Below, in pieces: positions 1 to 8,210 of a DNA stretch of 64,000 bases. This stretch comes from a virus. The stretch is taken from positions 1-64,000 of the IMG/VR virus record IMGVR_UViG_3300020469_000001. One strand, 5' to 3'. The translations under genes and the position numbers were made by a program. Every line of letters begins with the position of its first letter. Within the stretch, counting starts at the first letter, position 1. The notes below the pieces were generated by a model. It did not search any database. It worked only from the letters and a program-made list of their open reading frames with translations, and had not been told where the DNA came from.

Positions 1-90
1 GCAGTTGAGCATACCAACTTTTTTGAAAACCGTGCTACCGAGTATGCTAAGGCGAGTACACAAGGCAATTGGCAGGATATTTTTAAATGA
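1..90 (+). CDS. nrdB: Ribonucleotide reductase class Ia beta subunit, C-terminal fragment
   Basis: Frame 1 reads AVEHTNFFENRATEYAKASTQGNWQDIFK*; NFFE.R.TEY is the typical NrdB C-terminal tail; TGA overlaps the next ATG. Confidence 0.85.
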   Translation, partial: AVEHTNFFENRATEYAKASTQGNWQDIFK

Positions 91-275
91 GTACAATTAC
101 AATCGATGGTATCGAACATGATACCGAGTCCTTTAACAAAGACCAGCAGGCGTTGCATCACGCTATAAATTTCTGTGATGTAAAATTAGTAGAACTTGAT
201 AATGAAAAGGCTGCTTTACAAACTGCAAGACAGGCTTATGTTAATGATTTAGGTAACAGTTTAAAGGACGACTAG
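87..275 (+). CDS. Small coiled-coil protein (DUF6447-like)
   Basis: TITIDG.E N-terminus then LQTARQAY helix; ATGA coupling to nrdB. Confidence 0.6.
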   Translation: MSTITIDGIEHDTESFNKDQQALHHAINFCDVKLVELDNEKAALQTARQAYVNDLGNSLKDD

Positions 276-931
276 TGGTAATATACATTGGCTATGATTC
301 TGAACAACCCGAGGCATACGAAGTATGTAGGGAAAGTATCTTACGATACAATCGTAGCCATACCATTACACCTTTGATACTTAACGACTTAAAAGATGAA
401 GGATTATACTGGAGACCGTTTCAAAATGAAAGTACAGAATTTGCTTTTACTCGGTTTCTAGTTCCGCATCTTTCTATGTATTCAGGTTTTGCACTTTTCT
501 GTGATAGTGATTTCATGTGGAAGTGTGACCCTGCAGAACTATTCAATTACGCAAAATGTGGTAAGTCCATATATTGCGTTCAACACCCCGCCTTTCTATC
601 TCCCACCACTAAGATGAATGATAAACCAAATCTATCTTATCCAAAGAAATACTGGTCATCACTTATGTTATTTGATAATGGTAAATGTAGACAACTTACC
701 AAAGAGTATGTAAACCAAGCCCCAGCGGGTGCGTTACATGAAATGGATTGGGCGGAATCTATCGGTAGTTTACCTGCGGAATACAACGCCATGGTAAATT
801 ACTATCAATTTCCAGAAGCAAAAGCGGTTCATTTTACAGACGGTGGACCGTGGCATGATATACACGATAACCTAGGATACTCTAACGAATGGAAGAAACT
901 TTACACAACCTTACAAACAACAAATCAATAA
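275..931 (+). CDS. GT-A fold glycosyltransferase (GT8/CDI-like)
   Basis: IYIGYD, STEFAFTRFLVP, FCDSD (DxD), WSSLMLF, HFTDGGPW motifs. Confidence 0.85.
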   Translation: MVIYIGYDSEQPEAYEVCRESILRYNRSHTITPLILNDLKDEGLYWRPFQNESTEFAFTRFLVPHLSMYSGFALFCDSDFMWKCDPAELFNYAKCGKSIYCVQHPAFLSPTTKMNDKPNLSYPKKYWSSLMLFDNGKCRQLTKEYVNQAPAGALHEMDWAESIGSLPAEYNAMVNYYQFPEAKAVHFTDGGPWHDIHDNLGYSNEWKKLYTTLQTTNQ

Positions 932-1548
932 TACTTGTCGGCAATTCTGTCGAAATATTACAACATCAACTTGCTGACTACATCGAAAGTTTCGATACAG
1001 TAGTGCGATTTGGAAATGGTATACCTGATGCAACTAATTGGGATAGTATTGGTAAGCGTACTGATATTTGGGTTACTGGGTATTTGAGATATGGTAAAAG
1101 AAAAATGTTCGCGAAAGATTGCGCAGTCTTGTTCAATCGTTCCCGAATACATCTCGGTGATGATGTCGATTCAAGACATCAAATAGATTTTAAATATGTA
1201 AATATGTTTTCGGACAAAGAGCTTATGTCACTCTTCAAATTATGTGGATCGGAAGTAGGGAAAACTGTTGGCGCAAGGCCATCGGCAGGTTTCATTGCAA
1301 TACAATATTTTTTACAGAAAACAAAATTTTCTTCTCTTACATTGGTAGGCTTTGACTTTTTTTCGAAAGCACTTCCAATTATTGCTGGAACGAATAATCC
1401 TTATAGTTGGCATATTCCTTTAAACACAGTAACAAGCAATCCCCATTCCCCGAAGGAAAAAGAGATTGTAGTTGATTTATATGAAAGGGGTGTGATTGAT
1501 TGGAAAATTTTGACCGATTTAGATGAGAGCTATCTAGACCTTTCCTAA
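889..1548 (+). CDS. GT29 (sialyltransferase-like) glycosyltransferase
   Basis: L-motif-like LVGNS...DTVVRFGN...GKRTD, S-motif-like PSAG...LVGFDFF, late conserved His. Confidence 0.75.
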   Translation: MEETLHNLTNNKSIILVGNSVEILQHQLADYIESFDTVVRFGNGIPDATNWDSIGKRTDIWVTGYLRYGKRKMFAKDCAVLFNRSRIHLGDDVDSRHQIDFKYVNMFSDKELMSLFKLCGSEVGKTVGARPSAGFIAIQYFLQKTKFSSLTLVGFDFFSKALPIIAGTNNPYSWHIPLNTVTSNPHSPKEKEIVVDLYERGVIDWKILTDLDESYLDLS

Positions 1549-2502
1549 GTAGAAACCTCTTTCTACTAACTTTCCTGCTGTTGATTTTTGTTTCGCTGTC
1601 TTAGTGAGCAATACATCATTTAATCTAGCGTTTCTAAAATTCATAGGAATCTTATCTATCAATGAAGTATAACAATCCCATGGTACAGCTAGTTGCAGTC
1701 CTGTTTGTAAGTATATATACTGAAGTGCTAAGTGTTCATGTTTTACATCTATAGTCCAGGATTTTCTTAACATGACATTATAGTCTAGTAATTCTTTTGC
1801 TCCTACTGCATCTAATTCGATAAGTACATCTACCTTTCCATTTACATATAGCGGTGACCATGAGTGCTTGTAAAAAGTAAGTGCTTCAAAGAAAGCACGG
1901 TCATTACATGCTATAAGTTTAGTATCTATACGAGGGCGTCTGCCTTGATTTGGTGGTAGCTTTTGGTCAATAAAAAATAAATCTTTATCATGAAACTCAG
2001 CGAGTTTGTCATAGTTTAAGATGACCATTGATTTATCTACTAGTGGTATTCTTTGATGTGTTTGGGTTGCTATATTCAATATTCCATAGTAGTTCTTCAA
2101 ATGACTTTTATCGAATACTAATTCTCTACTTAAAAATGAAAGTGAGCTTTTGAAAAACTCTGCTGGTGGTATGTCTCCTTCATCAATAGGTCTATTGAAG
2201 ATTCTGTTACCATACCATACGACCATTCTCTTTGCAAGTCCACCTTTATCTTTCCAATGATCTTTTAGATGGAATGTCATTCTAGAGATGTGTTCTTCCC
2301 TCCACCAAGATTCGTAGATTTTAATGTTATCAAAATTGTTTATCATCCATTGGACTTCTTTTTCTACCCAATCTTCTTTATGTATAAATAAATGTAAGCG
2401 AAACCCTGACTTATCAAGTAGGGAAGCTAAGGTGAAAAATGTCCAATCTTTCTTATATGTTGTTACTAATTCTATCATCCGTTTATTACCTTCATGCCCC
2501 AA
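1534..2502 (-). CDS. Divergent GT8-like protein lacking an obvious DxD
   Basis: TLASLL...LHLFI N-terminus and SMVILNYDKL resemble GT8 elements; weak similarity. Confidence 0.4.
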   Translation of the reverse strand: MGHEGNKRMIELVTTYKKDWTFFTLASLLDKSGFRLHLFIHKEDWVEKEVQWMINNFDNIKIYESWWREEHISRMTFHLKDHWKDKGGLAKRMVVWYGNRIFNRPIDEGDIPPAEFFKSSLSFLSRELVFDKSHLKNYYGILNIATQTHQRIPLVDKSMVILNYDKLAEFHDKDLFFIDQKLPPNQGRRPRIDTKLIACNDRAFFEALTFYKHSWSPLYVNGKVDVLIELDAVGAKELLDYNVMLRKSWTIDVKHEHLALQYIYLQTGLQLAVPWDCYTSLIDKIPMNFRNARLNDVLLTKTAKQKSTAGKLVERGFYLGKV

Positions 2503-3374
2503 AAGTTATTTAGGAACATTTCCATTCTTGTCTCTGCATCTTCGTCAAAATTGAATATAATGCCTGAGTTCCTTGCTGAGAATAATTTCATCAGCGATTC
2601 TTTTGCATTTGTATTTGCTATCGCAAAGTAAATGCTTTCGTAAGTCAAGAGAGCCTTCTCTCTATCCTCTTTTGTATGTGATACCATACTTAACTGCTTG
2701 TCTAACATTAGTGCCATCATTCCCATTTCACTATTCGGCATTGTGGCACAGTGAGTGCAATTTGCAAGAAGTTCAAAACCTCCTTCTTTTGGATCGAGTA
2801 CGTTCTCATCTCCAAAATCTTTTTTCATCTTTGCTACCCATATTTTCTGAGTAATAGGATGAGGTTTAATTACAAACCCCTCCTCGATTGCTCGTCTTAC
2901 TCTACCCCAATGAACACACTTACCTTTAGACAATAAGTTACTGCCTGGTAAAAATATTACTTTATCATAATATTTTTGATTTCCTGTTAGAGTATATTTG
3001 TTATGAAAGTTGTTAATAATTTTATTACATCTATCATAATCTATTTTTACATCTGGGTTATCAACAATAGATATCATTAACTTATCATTAATTTTTATAC
3101 TTGGTGTTTTGACCAGTATACCATTACCTAAAAAATCTGTGTATAACCATTTATGAACAGTGTTTAATGTATTAGTGTTAAACCAAATATCATACTGAAA
3201 AGGAGAACCACGATACTGTTTAGGTATAATTCTTTCCTTAAATTCTTCTAATCCTTCCAAGTCACTTGTTGGTCTATAACAAGAACCTGACTTCATAAAA
3301 TGAGTAGGTATATCTCCTAGCGACTCATTTATTGTTAGAGCTTCTAATTTTCCTTTAACTTTGATGCTTGGCAT
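2475..3374 (-). CDS. GT-B fold, capsule-modification (KpsC/KpsS-like) glycosyltransferase
   Basis: VIFLPG...VIKPHP...ELLANC...TMPNSEMGMMAL matches the KPHP/NS.vG.eAl pattern. Confidence 0.55.
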   Translation of the reverse strand: MPSIKVKGKLEALTINESLGDIPTHFMKSGSCYRPTSDLEGLEEFKERIIPKQYRGSPFQYDIWFNTNTLNTVHKWLYTDFLGNGILVKTPSIKINDKLMISIVDNPDVKIDYDRCNKIINNFHNKYTLTGNQKYYDKVIFLPGSNLLSKGKCVHWGRVRRAIEEGFVIKPHPITQKIWVAKMKKDFGDENVLDPKEGGFELLANCTHCATMPNSEMGMMALMLDKQLSMVSHTKEDREKALLTYESIYFAIANTNAKESLMKLFSARNSGIIFNFDEDAETRMEMFLNNFWGMKVING

Positions 3375-3531
3375 TCTTTAGCTCAAATATTTGTTGCTCT
3401 AAGTTTCTCATTCGTTTTTCTTGATGCTCGATACTGTCGTACAGTGCATGCATCATACTTTCCATCTTTCGATTTAGGTATTCAGGTGTAACCTTTTTAT
3501 CAGTTTCAAATCCGCCTTGTGATTTATCCAT
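3355..3531 (-). CDS. Small coiled-coil protein (probable start MDKSQGG)
   Basis: ATG immediately after the stop of the Thr-rich gene; heptad C-terminus. Confidence 0.55.
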   Translation of the reverse strand: MDKSQGGFETDKKVTPEYLNRKMESMMHALYDSIEHQEKRMRNLEQQIFELKNAKHQS

Positions 3532-3532
3532 T

Positions 3533-6500
3533 CTAGTTGCTTTCACTCCATTGTGAGCCATCCCAGAAGGAGAATCCGTAGTTGTCAAGGCTTGATACCT
3601 CTGTGTCAAACAGAGTACCCGCCTGAGAGGCAGTTGTTCTTTCGTATACAACTGTATTTGTTAGGAACACAGTTGTGGTTAAGTGGTCGGTCGTGACCGT
3701 GGTATCAGTAGTTCTATTAGTATTAAATGTTGTAGTTGTAGTTCTATCTGTACCAAAAGTTGTTGTTTTGCTTGTTTCAAATCCTGTAGTAGTATCAAAT
3801 GCAGTTGTTCTTGAAGTTTCAGTGCTTCTTGACGATGCTGTACTTCTACTTGATGCGGTTACATTATCAGTCTCAAAAGTTGTAGTTGTAGACTTACTTG
3901 TACCTGTACTTCTTGTTGTAACAGTTCCTTGAGTAGTTGCAAAAGTAGTAGTAGTAGCTTTACTTGTTTCGGTAGCTCTACTCGATCCTGTCCCTCTATC
4001 TGTTAAGAAGGTTGAGGTAGTCTCTCTACTTGACGCAGTACTTCTACTAGAGGCTGTTGTAGTATTTGTATTAAATGTGGTAGTAGTCGCTCTACTTGAT
4101 GCAGTACCTCTATCGGTTGCGGTAGTAGTGTTTGTATTAAATGTTGTAGTTGTGGACTTACTTGTACCTGTAGTTCTTGTTGTAACAGTTCCCTGTGAAG
4201 TAGTAAATGTAGTTGTTGTAGACCTACTCGATGCTGTACTTCTACTAGTTTGTGTAGCTTGTGTAGTATTAAATGTTGTAGTAGTATCTCTACTAGATGC
4301 TGTACTCTTACTTGTGGCAGTCGCTTGTGTAGTATTAAATGTTGTAGTTGTATCTCTACTTGACGCTGTACTTCTAGTAGTTTGTGTAGCTTGTGCTGTA
4401 TTAAATACTGTTGTTGTATCTCTAGCAGATGCAGTAGCTCTACTTGTAATTGTTCCTTGTGAAGTAGCAAATGTAGTTGTTGTATTTCTACTTGTTCCTG
4501 TCGCTCTTGAACTAATTCTACTTGTAATGTAAGCTGTCTCATAACTTGTTGACTGAGAAGTATTATCTACATATGCTGTTGATGTAGTAAATGTTGTAGT
4601 TCTTGACGTTGTCTGAGTAGTATTTGTATTCCTTGCAGTATTTGTTGCAAAAGATGTATTATCTATGTAAGCTGTACTTGTTGTAAATGTTGTAGTTCTT
4701 GTTGTTGACTGAGTAGTATTTGTACTTCGTGCAGTATTAGACAGTCTAACTGTATTATAAGTTGTGCTTTGTGAAGTATTTGTAGACTGTGTTGTATTTG
4801 TTGACTGAGTAGTATTTGTACTTCTTGCTGTGTTTGACAATCTTACTGTGTCATAACTTGTTGACTGTGATGTATTTGTAGACTGCGAAGTATTTGTAGT
4901 CTGAGAAGTATTAGTACTTCTAGCAGTATTCGATAGTCTAACAGTATTGTAACTTGTTGACTGTGAAGTGTTTGTGCTTTGAGTTGTGTTAGTACTCTGA
5001 GCTGTATTTGTACTTCTTGCAGTATTAGACAATCTTACAGTGTTATAACTTGTTGATTGTGATGTGTTCGTGCTTTGAGTTGTGTTAGTACTCTGAGCTG
5101 TATTTGTACTTCTAGCAGTGTTTGAAAGTCTTACTGTGTTATAGCTTGTTGACTGTGAAGTATTTGTGTTTCTTGATGTGTTTGATAGTCTTACAGTGTT
5201 GTAACTTGTACTCTGACTTGTATTTGTATTTCTACTTGTGTTTGTTGCCTGTGTAGTAGTTCTACTTGTATTTGTTGCAAACGAGGTATTATAAGCAGTA
5301 GAGTTTGTAAACCCTGTTGACCTACTTGTATTTGTAGACTGAGTAGTGTTTGTGTTTCTTGTTGTAGCAAAAGAGGTATTATCTACATACGCTGTTATTC
5401 TACTTGTATTAGTATTTCTTGATGTACCAAAAGAGGTATTATCTATGTACGCTGTTATTCTACTTGTATTAGTATTTCTTGATGTACCAAAAGACGTATT
5501 ATCTATGTACGCTGTTATTCTACTTGTGTTCGTATTTCTAGAAGTTCCGAAACTTGTGTTATCTATATATGCTGTAATTCTAGAGGTGTTAGTACTATTT
5601 GTAAATGAAGTGGCGTTTGTAAATGAAGTTGATCTACTTGTATTATTTGTAAACCCAGTACTTCTTGAACCTGATGTGTTGTTTGTAAATCCAGTACTTC
5701 TTGAAGTGTTTACATATGAGGTTTGTGTGTACTCTTCTCCTTCAGAATCTTCTTCTAGTTCTAGATACATTGTAATGTAAGTAGTAATTCTTGAAGTATT
5801 CGTAGCGCCTGAAAAAGCAGTATTTCTAGATGTGTTTGTAGCGAAGGACGTATTCCTTGATGTGTTTGTGTTTCTAGAAGTATTAGTATTATTTGTAAAC
5901 CCTGTTGACCTACTTGTATTTGTTGCTTGTGAAGTATTATAGGCCGTAGAGTTAGTAAACCCTGTTGATCTACTTGTGTTTGTTGCTTGTGTAGTATTAT
6001 AGGCTGTAGAGTTAGTAAAGCCTGTTGACCTACTTGTATTTGTAGCTTGTGTTGTATTGTAAGCTGTAGAGTTGGTAAAGCCTGTTGACCTACTTGTATT
6101 TGTTGCTTGTGTAGTAGTATAACTTGTAGATGTTGCAAATGTTGTGTTATCTACATATGCTGTTATTCTTGCTGTGTTTGTATTTCTACTTGTGCCTTGT
6201 GATGTATTATCTATATAAGCAGTTGTAAATGAAGTATTATCTACATACGCAGTTGCAGTTGTAAAGGTAGTTGTTCTACTTGTCGCAAAGCTAGTGTTAT
6301 CTTGATACGCTGTTGCAGTAGTAAATGTTGTAGTCCTTGTTGTTGCAAAGCTAGTGTTATCTTGATACGCTGTTGTCGTAGCAAATGTTGTTGTTGTTGC
6401 GAATGTAGTATTCGTAGCAAATGTTGTTGTTCTTGTAGTAGCAAAACTTGTATTATCTTGATATGCCGTTGTTGTTGTAAATGTAGTAGTTGTTGCAAAA

Positions 6501-7984
6501 GTTGTATTTGTAGCAAATGTTGTTGTTCTACTAGTTGCAAAGCTGGTATTATCTTGATATGCTGTTGTCGTTGTAAATATAGTTGCAGTACCAAATGTTG
6601 TTGTGGTAGTAAATGTCGTTGTTCTACTTGTAGCAAAACTGGTATTATCTTGATATGCAGTCGTTGTAGTAAATGTCGTATTTGTTGCGAATGTTGTGTT
6701 CGTTGCAAATGTAGTTGTTCTACTTGTAGCAAATGAAGTGTTATCCTGATAAGCTGTAGTTGTTGTAAATGTAGTATTGAAACTTGTTGACTGCGATGTA
6801 TTTGTACTTCTAGCAGTATTTGTAGCTTGTGATGTATTATCTATATAAGCAGTGCTTGTTGTAAATGTAGTACTGTAACTTGTTGACTGCGATGTATTTG
6901 TATTTCTTGCTGTGTTTGTAGCAAAAGAAGTATTCCTACTAGTACTTATCACTGTGTCATATGAAGTAGTGTAAGTCGTTGTGGTATTATAGGCAGTTGT
7001 TGTACTTTTTGTAGTTGCAAATACTGTTGTTGTTGCAAATGCAGTTGTAGTTGTAAATGCAGTTTCTGTGCTTTGACTAGTATTAAATGTTGTTGTTGTG
7101 TTAAATGCAGTTGTAGTTGTAAATGCAGTTGTTGTTGACTGTGAAGTATTAAATGTTGTTGTTGTATTAAATGTAGTAGTAGTCGTAAACGCTGTTGTTG
7201 TTGACTGCGAAGTATTAAATGTTGTTGTTGTATTAAATGTAGTAGTAGTCGTAAACGCAGTAGTAGTCGCCTGTGTAGTATTAAATACAGTAGTTGTAGT
7301 GAATGCAGTCGTTGTATTAAATGCAGTAGTAGTACCTTGCGATGTATTATAAGTTGTTGTTGTATTAAATGTGGTAGTAGTAGTATACGCTGTTGTGGTA
7401 CTTTGTGTTGTATTGTAAGTAGTAGTAGTTGTAAATGCAGTCGTTGTATTAAATGCAGTTGTAGTAGCCTGTGTAGTATTAAATGTAGTTGTAGTTGTAT
7501 AGGCAGTTGTTGTATTGAACGCAGTTGTAGTACTTTGTGTTGTATTAAATGTTGTAGTTGTAGTAAATGCTGTTGTAGTATTAAAAGCAGTTGTAGTACT
7601 TTGCGTAGTATTAAATACAGTGGTTGTTGAGAATAAGGTAGTAGTTGTAAATGCAGTTGTTGTATTAAATGCTGTTGTTCTACTTGTCTCAGTAGTATTA
7701 CCTGTATTAAATGTAGTAGTTCTACTTGTATCAAAAGTAGTAAGAGTACTTTGTGTTGTGTTAAATGTTGTGGTTGTAGAGAAGGCAGTCTCTCTAGTAC
7801 CGCTTATTGTACTAGTAGAAGTTGCTGTATTCCTTGAAGTTTCATGCGTAACAGTGAATGGCCCTGCTAGAGAGCCTCCATCGTTTACGTATACTTCATT
7901 GACTCTTCTGATAGTACCGCTGTCATTAACGGCCAGAAAAGAGATTTGACGAAGTGTTCCACTGTCATTAACATATATTGCCAT
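3533..7984 (-). CDS. Giant Thr-rich repeat protein; predicted self-complementary beta-hairpin fibre
   Basis: 1483-aa ORF in the tail-fibre operon; N-terminal YVNDxG repeats, C-terminal FWDGSQW; mirror-symmetric 22/32/20-aa repeat blocks. Confidence 0.9.
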   Translation of the reverse strand: MAIYVNDSGTLRQISFLAVNDSGTIRRVNEVYVNDGGSLAGPFTVTHETSRNTATSTSTISGTRETAFSTTTTFNTTQSTLTTFDTSRTTTFNTGNTTETSRTTAFNTTTAFTTTTLFSTTTVFNTTQSTTTAFNTTTAFTTTTTFNTTQSTTTAFNTTTAYTTTTTFNTTQATTTAFNTTTAFTTTTTYNTTQSTTTAYTTTTTFNTTTTYNTSQGTTTAFNTTTAFTTTTVFNTTQATTTAFTTTTTFNTTTTFNTSQSTTTAFTTTTTFNTTTTFNTSQSTTTAFTTTTAFNTTTTFNTSQSTETAFTTTTAFATTTVFATTKSTTTAYNTTTTYTTSYDTVISTSRNTSFATNTARNTNTSQSTSYSTTFTTSTAYIDNTSQATNTARSTNTSQSTSFNTTFTTTTAYQDNTSFATSRTTTFATNTTFATNTTFTTTTAYQDNTSFATSRTTTFTTTTTFGTATIFTTTTAYQDNTSFATSRTTTFATNTTFATTTTFTTTTAYQDNTSFATTRTTTFATNTTFATTTTFATTTAYQDNTSFATTRTTTFTTATAYQDNTSFATSRTTTFTTATAYVDNTSFTTAYIDNTSQGTSRNTNTARITAYVDNTTFATSTSYTTTQATNTSRSTGFTNSTAYNTTQATNTSRSTGFTNSTAYNTTQATNTSRSTGFTNSTAYNTSQATNTSRSTGFTNNTNTSRNTNTSRNTSFATNTSRNTAFSGATNTSRITTYITMYLELEEDSEGEEYTQTSYVNTSRSTGFTNNTSGSRSTGFTNNTSRSTSFTNATSFTNSTNTSRITAYIDNTSFGTSRNTNTSRITAYIDNTSFGTSRNTNTSRITAYIDNTSFGTSRNTNTSRITAYVDNTSFATTRNTNTTQSTNTSRSTGFTNSTAYNTSFATNTSRTTTQATNTSRNTNTSQSTSYNTVRLSNTSRNTNTSQSTSYNTVRLSNTARSTNTAQSTNTTQSTNTSQSTSYNTVRLSNTARSTNTAQSTNTTQSTNTSQSTSYNTVRLSNTARSTNTSQTTNTSQSTNTSQSTSYDTVRLSNTARSTNTTQSTNTTQSTNTSQSTTYNTVRLSNTARSTNTTQSTTRTTTFTTSTAYIDNTSFATNTARNTNTTQTTSRTTTFTTSTAYVDNTSQSTSYETAYITSRISSRATGTSRNTTTTFATSQGTITSRATASARDTTTVFNTAQATQTTRSTASSRDTTTTFNTTQATATSKSTASSRDTTTTFNTTQATQTSRSTASSRSTTTTFTTSQGTVTTRTTGTSKSTTTTFNTNTTTATDRGTASSRATTTTFNTNTTTASSRSTASSRETTSTFLTDRGTGSSRATETSKATTTTFATTQGTVTTRSTGTSKSTTTTFETDNVTASSRSTASSRSTETSRTTAFDTTTGFETSKTTTFGTDRTTTTTFNTNRTTDTTVTTDHLTTTVFLTNTVVYERTTASQAGTLFDTEVSSLDNYGFSFWDGSQWSESN
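3870..7620 (-). repeat. Coding tandem repeats of 66, 96 and 60 bp, mirrored around ~5740
   Basis: About 10x22 aa, 4x32+20 aa, 4x20 aa | 4x20 aa, 20+4x32 aa, about 10x22 aa. Confidence 0.9.
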
Positions 7985-7987
7985 CTA

Positions 7988-8209
7988 TTAACTCGAATAT
8001 ACAAACCAAATATGCCCACTTGATGTACCACTGGTATTTGTTGGAGCAGTTGTTGTTATAGTCATAGGTAATCTTGCGGATGCGATAGTACCACTAGTAA
8101 TTTTTCCAGTAGCTACTGCTCCTTCAAAGTTTCTACTTGCATCGATAGTATCTGTACCATCAATTTTAAGTCCTGAGTCCTCGATGTTGAAATCTAATTT
8201 TTGTCCCAT
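7988..8209 (-). CDS. Small tail-fibre connector protein
   Basis: KITSGTIASARLP repeat and C-terminal TTAP...GHIWFVY motif typical of fibre junctions. Confidence 0.65.
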   Translation of the reverse strand: MGQKLDFNIEDSGLKIDGTDTIDASRNFEGAVATGKITSGTIASARLPMTITTTAPTNTSGTSSGHIWFVYSS

Positions 8210-8210
8210 T

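Noticed and set aside
3675-7949. Val-rich, Cys-rich and Gln/Leu-rich ORFs overlapping the Thr-rich gene
   Set aside because: Shadow frames produced by ACN-codon repeats; no RBS or independent signal
3533-7984. DNA-level inverted repeat, CRISPR array or DGR target as the explanation of the repeats
   Set aside because: Repeats are in-frame with synonymous variation and no spacers; the two arms are not reverse complements; no reverse transcriptase in the window
3533-7984. Ice-nucleation or antifreeze protein call
   Set aside because: No regular TxT/SLT 8- or 16-residue coil periodicity; long-range mirror symmetry fits a hairpin better, although ice binding is not excluded
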